Source: the human T2T-CHM13v2.0 reference genome, Homo sapiens. From it: DNA of 64,000 nt. The translations under genes were made by a program, and so were the position numbers. A model generated the notes under the pieces. It worked only from the letters and a program-made list of their open reading frames with translations, did no database searches and had not been told where the DNA came from. Below are positions 14,841 to 27,700 of this stretch, in pieces; positions within the stretch are counted from its first letter, which is position 1; every line of letters begins with the position of its first letter. The stretch lies in NCBI RefSeq assembly GCF_009914755.1, contig NC_060939.1, one strand, 5' to 3'.

Positions 14841-16986
14841 TTATATATGATATATGTTATATGTTATGTAATATGCTTTATATGTAATATATAACCTCAT
14901 ATATATTATATGTCATAATATAAAATATTTATCCTCTGTCATATTATATATATTATATATTTCATAACATATATAATATATAATACATATTACACATATT
15001 ATATATGAAAATATGTAATTAGAGATAACATAACATATAGTTATATAGAATATGATATATAACATATATACTATATCATATATGATATATAATATATATA
15101 TTTTTTATTACATATTATAATTCATATATATTATAATTTATATAAGGATATTATTATTTATATAATATAAATATTTATATATAATTATATAATTATATGT
15201 AATATAATTAATAATATATATAATTACATATTCATATCGTTATATATAATAATACATTTCATATGTAATTATATATATCATATAATAGACAACATACCTA
15301 ATATATAATATATAATATATATTATAAAATATAGGATACGTAATATGTATGATATATAATATATCATAATTTAATATATGTTTTAACGTTATGTATGTAA
15401 CGTGTAATATGTGACATATAAAATATATCATGGAATATAAAATACTATAATATAATATATATTATATTAAGGTATATTATGTAAAGTATGTAATAAAATT
15501 ATATGTAACATAATATATAGATATGTATATTATATTATGTATTTACATATAGTATTTTACAGTTATATATAATTTTATATAGTTATATGTAATTTAATAT
15601 AAAACAAATATAATATATATCATAAAATATATATTGTATACCATATATATTATGTATCGTATATTGTATGTTATATATCATATATTGTATATCATATATC
15701 ATATATTATATGTTATATGTATCACATTCCACATTTTGTATATTATAAATTATATACAATACATGACATACATTATATTATATATAATAAATTATACATT
15801 ATATGTAACATAGTATATATTATATGTAACATGTATATTCTATGTAAAATATATAATATATAACATATATTACATATAATTAATAACATAGACATATAAT
15901 ATATATTTAATATATGTACTATATATACAACGTATTATATATATACTATATAATATATATTATATATATGGCATAAAATATAATATATATTATATGTCAT
16001 ATTTTATATATACAATTATATATTATTATATGTTATTTTATATTATATATAACATAGATATAATATATATATCTATTATGTATATTACGTATAACATAGA
16101 TATTATATATAATATATATAATGTATGTTATATATAACATAGATATTATATATAATATATATAATGTATATTACATATTTAATACGTATATTAACCATAT
16201 AATATATTCTATATATGATATATAATATATATTATATATGTCATAAAATATAGTATATATTATATGTTATTGTATAAATATAATACTTATATATTATCAA
16301 TTATTATATTACATTTAATATATATAAGATGCAAGATATGAAACAATATTATATATATGTTATATATATTATATATATGATACTATATATTATTGTATAC
16401 ATAATGTGTATATATATTTGTGGGTGCCCTATTTCCCATCTCATAACTTGTTTTAAGAAGCGCAGCATAATAATGTGTGGGCTTGGGATTCAGTTTTTGA
16501 AACAAAACACTGAGCCTTCAATGACCTTTCGGTCTATGTAGAAGCGCTCCTGTCTTCGTGGCAGCAGTTGGACCTCACAATGTGGATTGTGCCGTCACCC
16601 TGCAATGTTTATGCCCTATCGCCATGGTGACGGGATTAGGGATCTCCTGCTCTTGGTCCTAAAGGCCACTGTCTGTGCTGTGTTTTTCAAAGGTCAGCAC
16701 AGAGTGAACCTTTGTGGTTTTATTTTCCCTGAGTTTGATTTTTCTCATGGGGAACCTGTGGTGCTGCTTTGAAGGTATATTCATACTGGCCTTTCAAATG
16801 CCAACTCTTCAAATTACTAGTTAATGCTTTCAAAGTATGTTATTTCAAAAATTATCCTCCGTATTTTCCATATGCAGTTATAAATATGTTTCATGGTTAT
16901 GTTTCATTCCTCAGTTTATATATTTGATTATTGTACCAAGCAGAGTACCTTTGAAATTTTTTTTCATCTAAAAAATATGTAAATTA

Positions 16987-17276
16987 GCTCAGGCCTGTAA
17001 TCCCAGCAAATTTGGAGGCCAAGGCAAGGGGATCACAAGGTAAAGAGATCAAGACCATCCTGGCCAATACAGTGAAACGCTGTCACTACGAAAAATCCAA
17101 AAAATTAGCTAGGCATTGTGGCAGCTGGTGTAGTCCCAGTGTGGTGTAGTCCAAGCTACCTGGGAGGCTGAGGGAGGGCAATCGCTTGAACCCGTGAGGC
17201 AGATGTTGCAGTGAGCAAATTTGGTGCCATTGTATTCCACCTTGTGCAACATTACAACACTCTGTCTAAAATAAAA
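16987..17276 (+). mobile_element. 5'-truncated Alu (unit 8, variant 3' end)
   Basis: Same Alu with TGTATT, CAACATTAC and the interrupted tail AAAATAAAA. Confidence 0.93.
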
Positions 17277-19196
17277 TTATATATGATATATGTTATATGT
17301 TATGTAATATGCTTTATATGTAATATGTAACCTCATATATATTATATGTCATAATATATAATATTTATCCTGTGTCATATTATATATATTATATATTTCA
17401 TAACATATATAATATATAATACATATTACACATCTTATATATGAAAATATGTAATTAGAGATAACATAACATATAGTTATATATAATATGATATATAACA
17501 TATATACTATATCATATATGATATATATGTATATTTTTTATTACATATTATAATTCATATATATTATAATTTATATAATGATATAATTATTTATATAATA
17601 TAAATATTTATATATAATTATATAATTATATGTAATATAAATAATAATATATATGATTACATATTCATATCGTTATATATAATAATATATTTCATATGTA
17701 ATTATATATAGCATATAATAGACAACATACCTAATATATAATATATAATATATATTATACAATATAGGTTACATAATATGTATGATATATAATATATCAT
17801 AATATAATATATATTTTAACATTATGTATGTAACATGTAGTATGTGATATATAAAATATATTATGTAATATAAAATAATATAATATATATTATTTTAAGG
17901 TATATTATGTAAAGTATGTAATAAAATTATATATAACTTAATATATAGTTATATATATTATATTATGTATTTACATATAATATACAGTTATATATAATTT
18001 TAAATAGTTATATATAATATAATATAAAACAAATATTATATATATCATAAAATATATATTTTATACCATATATATTATGGATCATATATTGTATGTTATA
18101 TATCATATATTTTATATCATATATCATATATTATATGTTATATATATCACATTCCACATATTGTATATTATAAATTATATACAATATATGACATACTTTA
18201 TATTATATATAATGAATTATACATTATATGTAACATAGAATATATTATATGTAACTTGTATATTCCATGTAAAATATATAATATATAACATATATTACAT
18301 ATAATTAATAATATAGACATATAATGTATATTTAATATGTGTACTATACGTACAGCGTATTATATATATAATATATAATATATATTATGTATATGGCATA
18401 AAATATAATATATATTATATGTCATGTTTTACATATACAAATATATATTATTATATGTCATTTTATATTATATATAACATATATATAATATATATATCTA
18501 TAATGTATATTATATATAACAAAGATATTATATATAATATATATAATGTATATTATATATAACATAGATATTATACATAATATATATAATGTATATTATA
18601 TATTTAATACGTATATTAACCATATAATATATTCTATATATGATATATAATATATATTATATATGTCCTAAAATATAATATATATTATATGTCATATGAT
18701 AAATATAATACTTATATATTATCTATTATTATATTACATATAATATATATAATGTAAGATGCAGGATGTAAAACAATATTACTTATATGTTATATATATA
18801 TTATTTATGATACTATATATTATTGTATACACAATGTATATATATATTTGTGGGTGCCCTATTTCCCATCTCATAACTTGTTTTTAGAAGCGCATCATAA
18901 TAATGTGTGGGCTTGAGATTCAGTTTTTGAAACAAAACACTGAGCCTTCAATGATCTTTCGGTCTATGTAGAAGCGCTCCTGTCTTCTTGGCAGCAGTTG
19001 GACCTCACAATATGGACTGTGCCGTCACCCTGCAATGTTTATGCCGTATCGCCATGGTGACGGGATTAGGGATCTCCTGCTCTTGGTCCTAAGGGCCACT
19101 GTCTGTGCTGTGTTTTTCAAAGGTCAGAACAAATTGAACCTTTGTGGTTTCATTTTCCCTGAGTTTCATTTTTCTGATGGGGAACCTGTGTTGCTG

Positions 19197-22100
19197 TAGT
19201 GATTTTTTATATACAGTATATAATATGTAGTTTGGGTACATTCATATTTTATGTACAGTATATAATATATATTTTGGGTACTTTGATATTTTATGTACTG
19301 TATATAATATATAGTTTGGGTACTTTGATATTTTATGTGCAGTATATAAAATATAGTTTGGGTACTTTGTTTTATTATGTGCGGTATATAAAATATAGTC
19401 TGTGTACTTTGGTATTTTATGTACAGTTTATAATATTCAGTTTCTGTACTTTGATATTTTATTTACAGTATTTAAAGTACAATTTGGGAGCTTTGATATT
19501 TTATGTATAGTGTATAATATATACTTTGCATACTTTGATATTTTATGTACAGTATATAATATATAGATTGGGTACATTGATATTTTATATACCGTACGTA
19601 ATATATATTTTAGGTACTCTGATATTTTATGTACAGTATATAATATATAGTTTCTGTACTTTTATATTAATGTACAGTATGTAAAATAATTATTGTACCT
19701 TCATATGTTATGTACAGTATATAAAACATAGTTTTTCTACTTTGGTATTTTATGTACAGTGTATAATATAGAGTTTGTGTACTTTGATATTTTACATACA
19801 GTGTATAATATATATTTTGGGTACTTTGATAATTTATGTACAGTATATAATAAGTAGTTTGTGTACTTTGATATTTTATGTACAGTATATAATGTAAATT
19901 TTGGGTACTTTGATAATTTATGTATAGTATATAATTTATAATTTGATTAGTGTGATATTTTATGTAGAGGATATCATATATATTTTGGGTACTTTGATAT
20001 CCTATGTACAGTTTATAATATATATTTTGGGTAATTTGATATATTCTGTACAGTATATAATATATATTTTGTGTCCCTTGATGTTTTATATACAGTTTAT
20101 AATATATATTTTGTGTCCTTTGATATTTTATGTACAGTATATAATATATATTTTGTGTACTTTAATATTTTATATACAGTATATAATATTTAGTTGTGTA
20201 CTTTGATATTTTATGTACAGTATAGAATATATATTTGGTTTACTTTGATATTTTACGTAGAGTATAGAATATATAGTTGGTGTAGTTTGATATTTTATGT
20301 ACAGTATATAATATATGTATTGGGTCCTTTGATATTTATGTACAGTTTATAATATATAGCGTATTTTCATATTTTATGTACAGTATACATTATAATCATT
20401 GTTTACTTTGATTTTTTTTGTACAGTATATAATATATATTGTGTGTAATTTGATATTTTATGTACAGTATATAATATATAGTGTCGGTACTTTGATATTT
20501 TATGTACAGTATATAATATATAGTTTGGGGACATTGATGTTCTATGTCCAGTATATATTAGGTAGTGTGGGGACTTTGATACTTTATGTACAGTATATAA
20601 TATATCATTTTGTACTTTCATATTTTATCTAGAGTATATAATATATAGTTTCTTTCATCGATATTTTATGTACAGTATATAATATATATTTGGTGTAGTT
20701 AGATATTTTATGTACAGTATAATATATAAAGATTGGGTAATTTGATAGTTTATGTACAGTATATAATATAAAGTTTCGGTACTTTGATATTTTATGTGCA
20801 GTATATAATATATAGTTTGAGTAATTTGATATTTTATATACAGTATATAATATATACTTTGTGTACTTTGATATATTATGTACAGTATATAATATATACT
20901 TTTTATGCTTTGATATTTTTTGTACAGTATACAGTATATATTTTGTGTTCATTGATGTTTTATCTAGAGTACTTAATATATACTTCGGGTAATTTGATAT
21001 TTTATGTACATTATATAATATATACTTTGCGTACTTTGATATTTTATGTAAATTATGGAATATATATTTGGTTTACTTTGATATTTTATGCACAGTACCG
21101 AATATATATTTGGTGAACTTTGATATATTGTGTACAGTATAGAATATATTGTTGGGGCAGTTTGATATTTTATGTACAGTGTATAATATATATTTTGTGT
21201 CCTTTGATGTTTTATGTACACTACATAATATATATATTGGGTAACTGGATATTTTACTTACAGTATATTGTATATATTTTGTGTATTTTGATATTTTATG
21301 TACAGTATATAATATATAGCTTGGGTAGTTTGATATTTTATGTACAGTATATAATATATTGTGTGGGTGCTTTGATATTTTTTATACAGTATATAATATA
21401 TAGTTTGGGTACCTTCATATATTATGTACAGTATATAATATATATTGTGGGTACTTTGATATGTTATGTACAGTATATAATACATAGTTTGTGTACTTTG
21501 ATATTTTATGTACAGTATATAAAATATAGTTAGTGTACTTTGATATTTTATGTACAGTTTATAACATATAGTCTGTGTACTTTGATATTTTATGTACAGT
21601 GTATAATATACAGTTTTTGTAGTTTGATATTTTATGTACAGTATTTAATATATATTTTGGTTACTTTGAAATTTTATGTACAGTATATAATATATATTTT
21701 GGGGACTATGATAATTTATGTATAATATTTAATATATATTTTGTGTACTTTGATATTTTATGTGCAGTATATAATATATAGTTTGGGTACATTGATATCT
21801 TATGTACAGTGTATAATATATACTTTGCATATTTGATATTTTATGTACAGTATATAAAATATAGTTTGCTTATATTGATATTTTATGGACAGTATGTAAT
21901 ATATAATTTGCGTATTTTGATATTTTATGTACAGTATATAATATATATTTGCTGTACTTTGATATGTTATGTATAGTATATAATATATATTTGGTGTACT
22001 TTGATATTTTATGTACAGTATATAATATCTATTTTGGGTACTTTGATATTTTATGTACAGTATATAATATATATTATGGGTACTTTGATATTTTACATAC

Positions 22101-23853
22101 AGTATATAATATATAATTTGAGTAGTGTGATATTTTATGTACAGGATATCATATATATTTTGGTTACTTTGATGTTTTTTGTAAAGTATATAATATATAT
22201 TTTAGGTACTTTGATATCTTATGTACAGTATATAATACATATTTTGGGTAATTTGATATTTTACTTACAGTATATATTATATATTTTGGGTCCTTTGATA
22301 TTTTATGTACAGTTCATAATATATATTTTGGGTACTTTGATATTTCATGTACAGTATACAATATATAATGTTGGTACTTTGATATTTTATTTACAGTATA
22401 TAATATATAGTTTTGGTACCTTGGTATTTTATGTAAAGTATATAATATAAAGTTTGTGTACTTTGATATTTTATGTACAGTATATAATATATATTTGGTG
22501 TACTTCTATATTTTTTCTACAGTATATAATATAAAGTTTGTGTACTTTGATACTTTATGTATGGTACATAATATAAAATTTTGGGTACTTTCATATTTTA
22601 TGTACAGTCTATAATATATAGTTTGGTTAATTTGATAGTTTATATACAGTATAAAATATATATTTTGTGTACTTTGATATATTATGTACAGTATATAATA
22701 TATACTTTGTGTGATTTGATTTTTTTGTACAGTATATAATATAAACTTTTTGTACATTGATATTTTTTGTAGAGTACATAATATATACTTCGGATACTTT
22801 GATATAGTATGTACATTATATAATATATACTTTGCGTACTTTCATATTTTATGTACAGTATAGAATATATATTTGGTGTACTTCGATATTTTTTGTACAG
22901 TATAGATTATATATTTGATGTACTTTGATATTTTATGTAGAGTATGGAATATATATTTGATGTACTTTGATATTTTATGAACAGTATATAATATAATGTT
23001 TGGGTACTTTGATATATTATGTACAGTATATAATATATCGTATTGGTAATTTGATATTTTATGTACAGGATAGAATATATATTTGGTGTACTTTGATATT
23101 TTATGGACAGTATAGAATATATATTTCAAGTAATTTGAAAATTGATATACAATATAGAATATATATTTGGTGAAAATTGGTATTTTATCTAAACTATAGA
23201 ATATATATTTAATGTACTTTGTTAATTGATGTACAGTATAGAATATATATTTGATGTACTTTAATATTTTTTGTAGAGTACGGAATATATATTTGGTGTA
23301 CTTTGATATTTTATATACAGTTTATAATATATCGTTTGTGTAATTTGATACTTTATGTACAGTATATAACATATAGTTTGTGTAATTTGATATTTTATGT
23401 ACAGTATATAATATATAGTTTGGGTACTTTGATATTTTGTGTACAGTATATAATATATAATTTGGTTACTTTGATATTATATGTATAGTATATAATATAT
23501 ATTTTGTGTACTTTGATATTTTATGTACAGTATAATATATATTTTTTCTATTTGATATTTTATGTACAGTATAGAATATATATTTTGGGTACTTTGATAT
23601 TTTATGTACAGTATATAATATATAATTTGGGTTCTTTGATATTTTATGTACAGTTTATAATATATATTTTTTGTACTTTGATATTTTATGTACAATATAC
23701 AATATATAATTTGGGTACTTTGTTATTTTATAATTAGTATATAATATATACTTTTAGTAATTTGATATTTTATGTACTGTATATAATATATAGTTTGGGT
23801 ACTTTGATATTTTATGAACAGTATATAATATATGTTAGGGTACTTTGATATTT
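19197..23853 (+). repeat. HSat1A (classical satellite I / SAR) array, about 110 diverged 42 bp monomers
   Basis: Monomer consensus ACTTTGATATTTTATGTACAGTATATAATATATATTTTGGGT (42 bp, containing GTAC RsaI sites). It produces the 14-aa periodic pseudo-ORFs (TLIFYVQYIIYILG). Confidence 0.95.
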
Positions 23854-24700
23854 CATTCCTTTCCATTCCATTCCACTCAGGTTGTTTCCAATCCATTCCA
23901 TTCCATTCCATTCTATTGCATTCCATTTCATTGCATTCCGTTCTGCTCAGGTTGAATCCTTTCCATTTCACTTCATTCCATTACTTTCCTTTCCATTCCA
24001 TTCCATTCCATCCCATTCCATTCCATTCCATCCCATTCCATTCCATTTCATTCCATTCCGTCCCATTCCATTCCATTCCATTTCATTCCATTCCGTCCCA
24101 TTCCATTACATTTCACTCATGTTGATTCCATTCAATTCCATTCCATTGCTTTCCATTCCACTGGGGTTCATTCCATTCTATTACGTTCCATTCCATTCCG
24201 TTCCACTCGGGTAGTTACCATTCCAGTCAATTCCCTTCCTCTCAGTTCCATTCCACTCGAATTGATTCCATATCGTTCCGTTCCATTATATTCCTTTCCA
24301 TTCCATTCCATTCCATTCCTTTCCATTCCATTGAATTCGACTCGGTTTGATTCCAATCCATTCCATTCCATTCCACTTGATTTTATTCCATTCCTTTCCA
24401 TTCCATTCCCTTCCATTCCATTCCATTGCATTCGAATCGGGTTGATTACAATCCATTCCATTTCATTCCAGTTCAATCCTTTACATTGCACTCCACTGGG
24501 GTCGTTTCCATTCCATTGAATTCCATTCGATTCCATTCCATTCCATTCCATTGCATTCCATTCTCCTTGGGTTGTTTCCATTCCATTCCATTAATTTCCA
24601 TTCCATTCCATTCCATTCCATTCCATTCCATTCCATTCCATTCCACTCAGGTTGATTCAGTTTCTTTCCATTCCATTCAATTGCATTCCATTCCAGTTGA
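23854..24700 (+). repeat. Diverged classic satellite III border block: (CATTC)n punctuated by ACTCGGGTTG-like decamers
   Basis: About 11 degenerate copies, e.g. CACTCAGGTTG (23874, 24644), CACTGGGGTTC (24159), CACTCGGGTAG (24204), GAATCGGGTTG (24434). The right boundary is approximate. Confidence 0.75.
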
Positions 24701-27700
24701 TTCCATTGCATTCCATTCCATTCAATTCCATTCCATGCCATTCCATTCCATTCCATTCCATTCCAATCAATTACATAGCAATCCATTACATTCGAGTCTA
24801 TTCTATTCCGTTCCATTCGATTGCGTTCCAATCCATTCGATTCCATTCCATTCGATTCCATTCCATACTATTGCATTCCATTCGATTAAATTATATTCGA
24901 ATAAATTCCATTCAAGACCATTTCTGTTGAGTCCATTCTACTTGAGTCCATTCCCTTTGATCCGATAACATTTGAGTCCATTCAATTCCATTCCTTTCGT
25001 TTCCATTCCATTTGATGCCATTCCATTCAATTCTGTTCTACTCGACTCCAATACATTCAATTCCATTCCATCCGATTCCATTACATTCTTTTCATTTCTT
25101 ATCCATTTCAAGCCATTCCATTCCATTCCATTCCACTCGTTTCCTTTCCATTCGAGTCCATTCCACTCCAGTCCATTCCATTCGAATCTATTTCACTCCA
25201 GTCCATTCCATTCTAATCCACTTCACTCCAGTCCATTAAATTCGAGTACAATCCATTCCATTCTATTCAATGCCATTCCATTCGATTCTATTCCATTCGA
25301 CACCATTCCTTTCCATTCCATTCCATCCGATTCCATTCCATTGTATTCCATTCAATTCCATTCCATTGCATTCCATTCCATTCCAATCGTTTCCATTCCA
25401 TTCGAATTCATTCCACTCAAGTCCATTCCATTCGAGTCCATTCCATTCCAGTCCATTCAAACAGAGTCCATTGCTTTCCATTCCATTCGATAACTTCCCA
25501 TTACAGTCCATTCCATTCTATTCCTTTGGTTCCCATTCAATTAAATTCCATTTGATTACATTTCATTTGATTCCATTCCATTCGATTCCATTCCATTCGA
25601 GTCCATTCCATTCCAGTCCATTCCATTCGATTGCATTCCATTCGATTCCATTCCACTCATTTCCACTCCGTTGCATTCCATTGCATTCCATTCCATTCCA
25701 TTGGATTACATTCCATTCGATTCCATTCCATTCGAATCAATTGCATTGCAATGCATTACATTCATGCCCTTTCTATTAAAGTCCAATCCATTATGGTCCA
25801 TTCCATTCAATTCCATTCTATTCCATTCCATTCAAATCAATTACATTGCAATCCATCACATTCGAGTACGTTCTGTTCCAGTCCATTCAGTTCTGGTCTA
25901 TTTCATTCAATTCCATTCCCTTTGATTCCATTCCATTTTTGTACATTCCATTGGATTCCATCTTATTGAAATAAGTTCTATTCGAGACCATTTCTTCGAG
26001 TCCAATCAATTTGAGTCCATTCCATTCGAGTCCATTACATCTGGGTCTATTCCATTCCATCCCATTCCGTTCGATGCCATTCAATTTGATTCTTTTCCAT
26101 TCGTCTCCATTCGTTTCCATTTAGTTCCATCGGATTCCATTCCATTCTATTCCTTTCCATTTCATTGCATTCCATTCCATTCCCCTGGAGACCATTCCAC
26201 TTCAGTGCATTCCATTCCAGTGTATTCCATTCCATTCCATTCCATTCCATTCCATTCGATATCTTTCCATTACACTCCATTCCATTGTATTCCTTTACAG
26301 TCCATTCAATTAAATTCTATTCGATTCCATTCAATTTAATTCCATTACATTCGACTCCATTTCATTAGTGTCCATTGCAATCCATTCCATTCCATTTCTT
26401 TATGTTCTATTCCATTCCATTCGATTCCATTTTATTCCAGTCCATTCCATTCGAGTCCATTGCATTCCAGTGCAATTCATTTGATTCCACTCCATTCGAT
26501 TCCATTCCACTCAATTCCACTCCGTTCCATTCCTTTGCGTTCCTTTCTATTCCATTCCATTGCATTCCATTCCATTCCATTCCATTCCATTCCATTTGTT
26601 TACATTCCATTGAATTCCAATCCAGTTGAATCAATTACATTGCAGTCCATTACATTCGAGTCTCTTCTATCCCAGTTCATTCGATTCTGGTGCATTCCAT
26701 TCGATTCCATTCCATTCGATACCATTCCATACTATTGCAGTCCATTCCATTCCATTGTTTTCGAAACAATTCCAATTGAGACCATTCCTTTCGTGTCCAT
26801 TCTATTTGACTCCATTCCATTTGAGTCCATTAAATTTGTGCACATTCCATTCCTTTCCATTCCATTCCATTCGGTGCCATTCCATTCCACTCTATTCCAT
26901 TCAAGTCCATTCCATTTGAGTCCATTCCATTCCATTCGATGCCATTACATTCAATTCTATTCCATTCGACTCCATTCCATTCCATTCCCTTCCAAACGAT
27001 TCCATTCCATTCTATTACTTTCTATTCCAATCCATTCCATTCCGTTCCATTCGTTTCCATTCCATTCGAGTCCACTCCACTCCAGTCCATTCCATTCGAG
27101 TCCATTCCATTCCAGTCCATTCCATTCAAGTCCATTCCACTCCATTCCATTCCATTCGATATCTTTCGATAACACCCCATTCCATTCTGTTCCTTACAAT
27201 TCAATTCAATTCCATTCCATTTGATTCCATTCCATTCGATTACATTCCATTCGACTCCATTCCATTCAAGTCCATTCCATTCCATTCCATTGCATTCCGT
27301 TCGAATCCCTATTCCATTCCATTTTGTTCCACTCCATTCCATTTGAGTCCATTCCATGCCAATCCATTCCATTCGATTCCATTCCAATTGATTCCATTGC
27401 ACTCGAATCCAGTGCGTTCCATTCCATTGCTTTCCATTCTATTACATTCCATTGCATTCCATTCCATTCCATTTGATTACATTCCATTCAATTCCATTAA
27501 TTTCGAATCAATTACATTGCAATCCATTGCATTCGAGTTCTATTCCAGTCCATTGCATTCCGGCGCATTCCGTTCCATTCCATTCCATTCCATTCCATTC
27601 CATTCCATTCGAATCCATTGCATTGCAATGCTTTACATTCGAGTCCGTTTTATTCCAGTCCAATCCATTCCGGTCCGTTCCGTTCGATTCCATTCCATTC

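Larger units (their letters stand above)
1..19196 (+). repeat. HSat1B / DYZ2-type composite satellite array, about 8 head-to-tail units of 2436-2437 bp (first unit cut by the window edge, last unit truncated)
   Basis: The same landmark recurs at 1709, 4146, 6583, 9019, 11456, 13893, 16329 and 18759 (spacings 2437, 2437, 2436, 2437, 2437, 2436, 2430). Each unit is Alu + AT-rich tract + mixed-sequence segment, which is the established DYZ2/HSat1B architecture. Confidence 0.95.

Noticed and set aside
1-17276. Eight independent Alu insertions or active Alu elements
   Set aside because: All share the same private mutations and flanks (and the same 5' truncation wherever it is visible), so this is one insertion amplified passively. 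The A/B boxes are degenerate and the tail is short.
19199-23737. Hydrophobic 14-aa periodic ORFs resembling membrane or repeat proteins
   Set aside because: They are a direct consequence of a 42 bp satellite monomer that is divisible by 3.
19197-23853. CRISPR-like regular short repeats
   Set aside because: These are contiguous tandem monomers with no unique spacers, no cas genes and a primate context.
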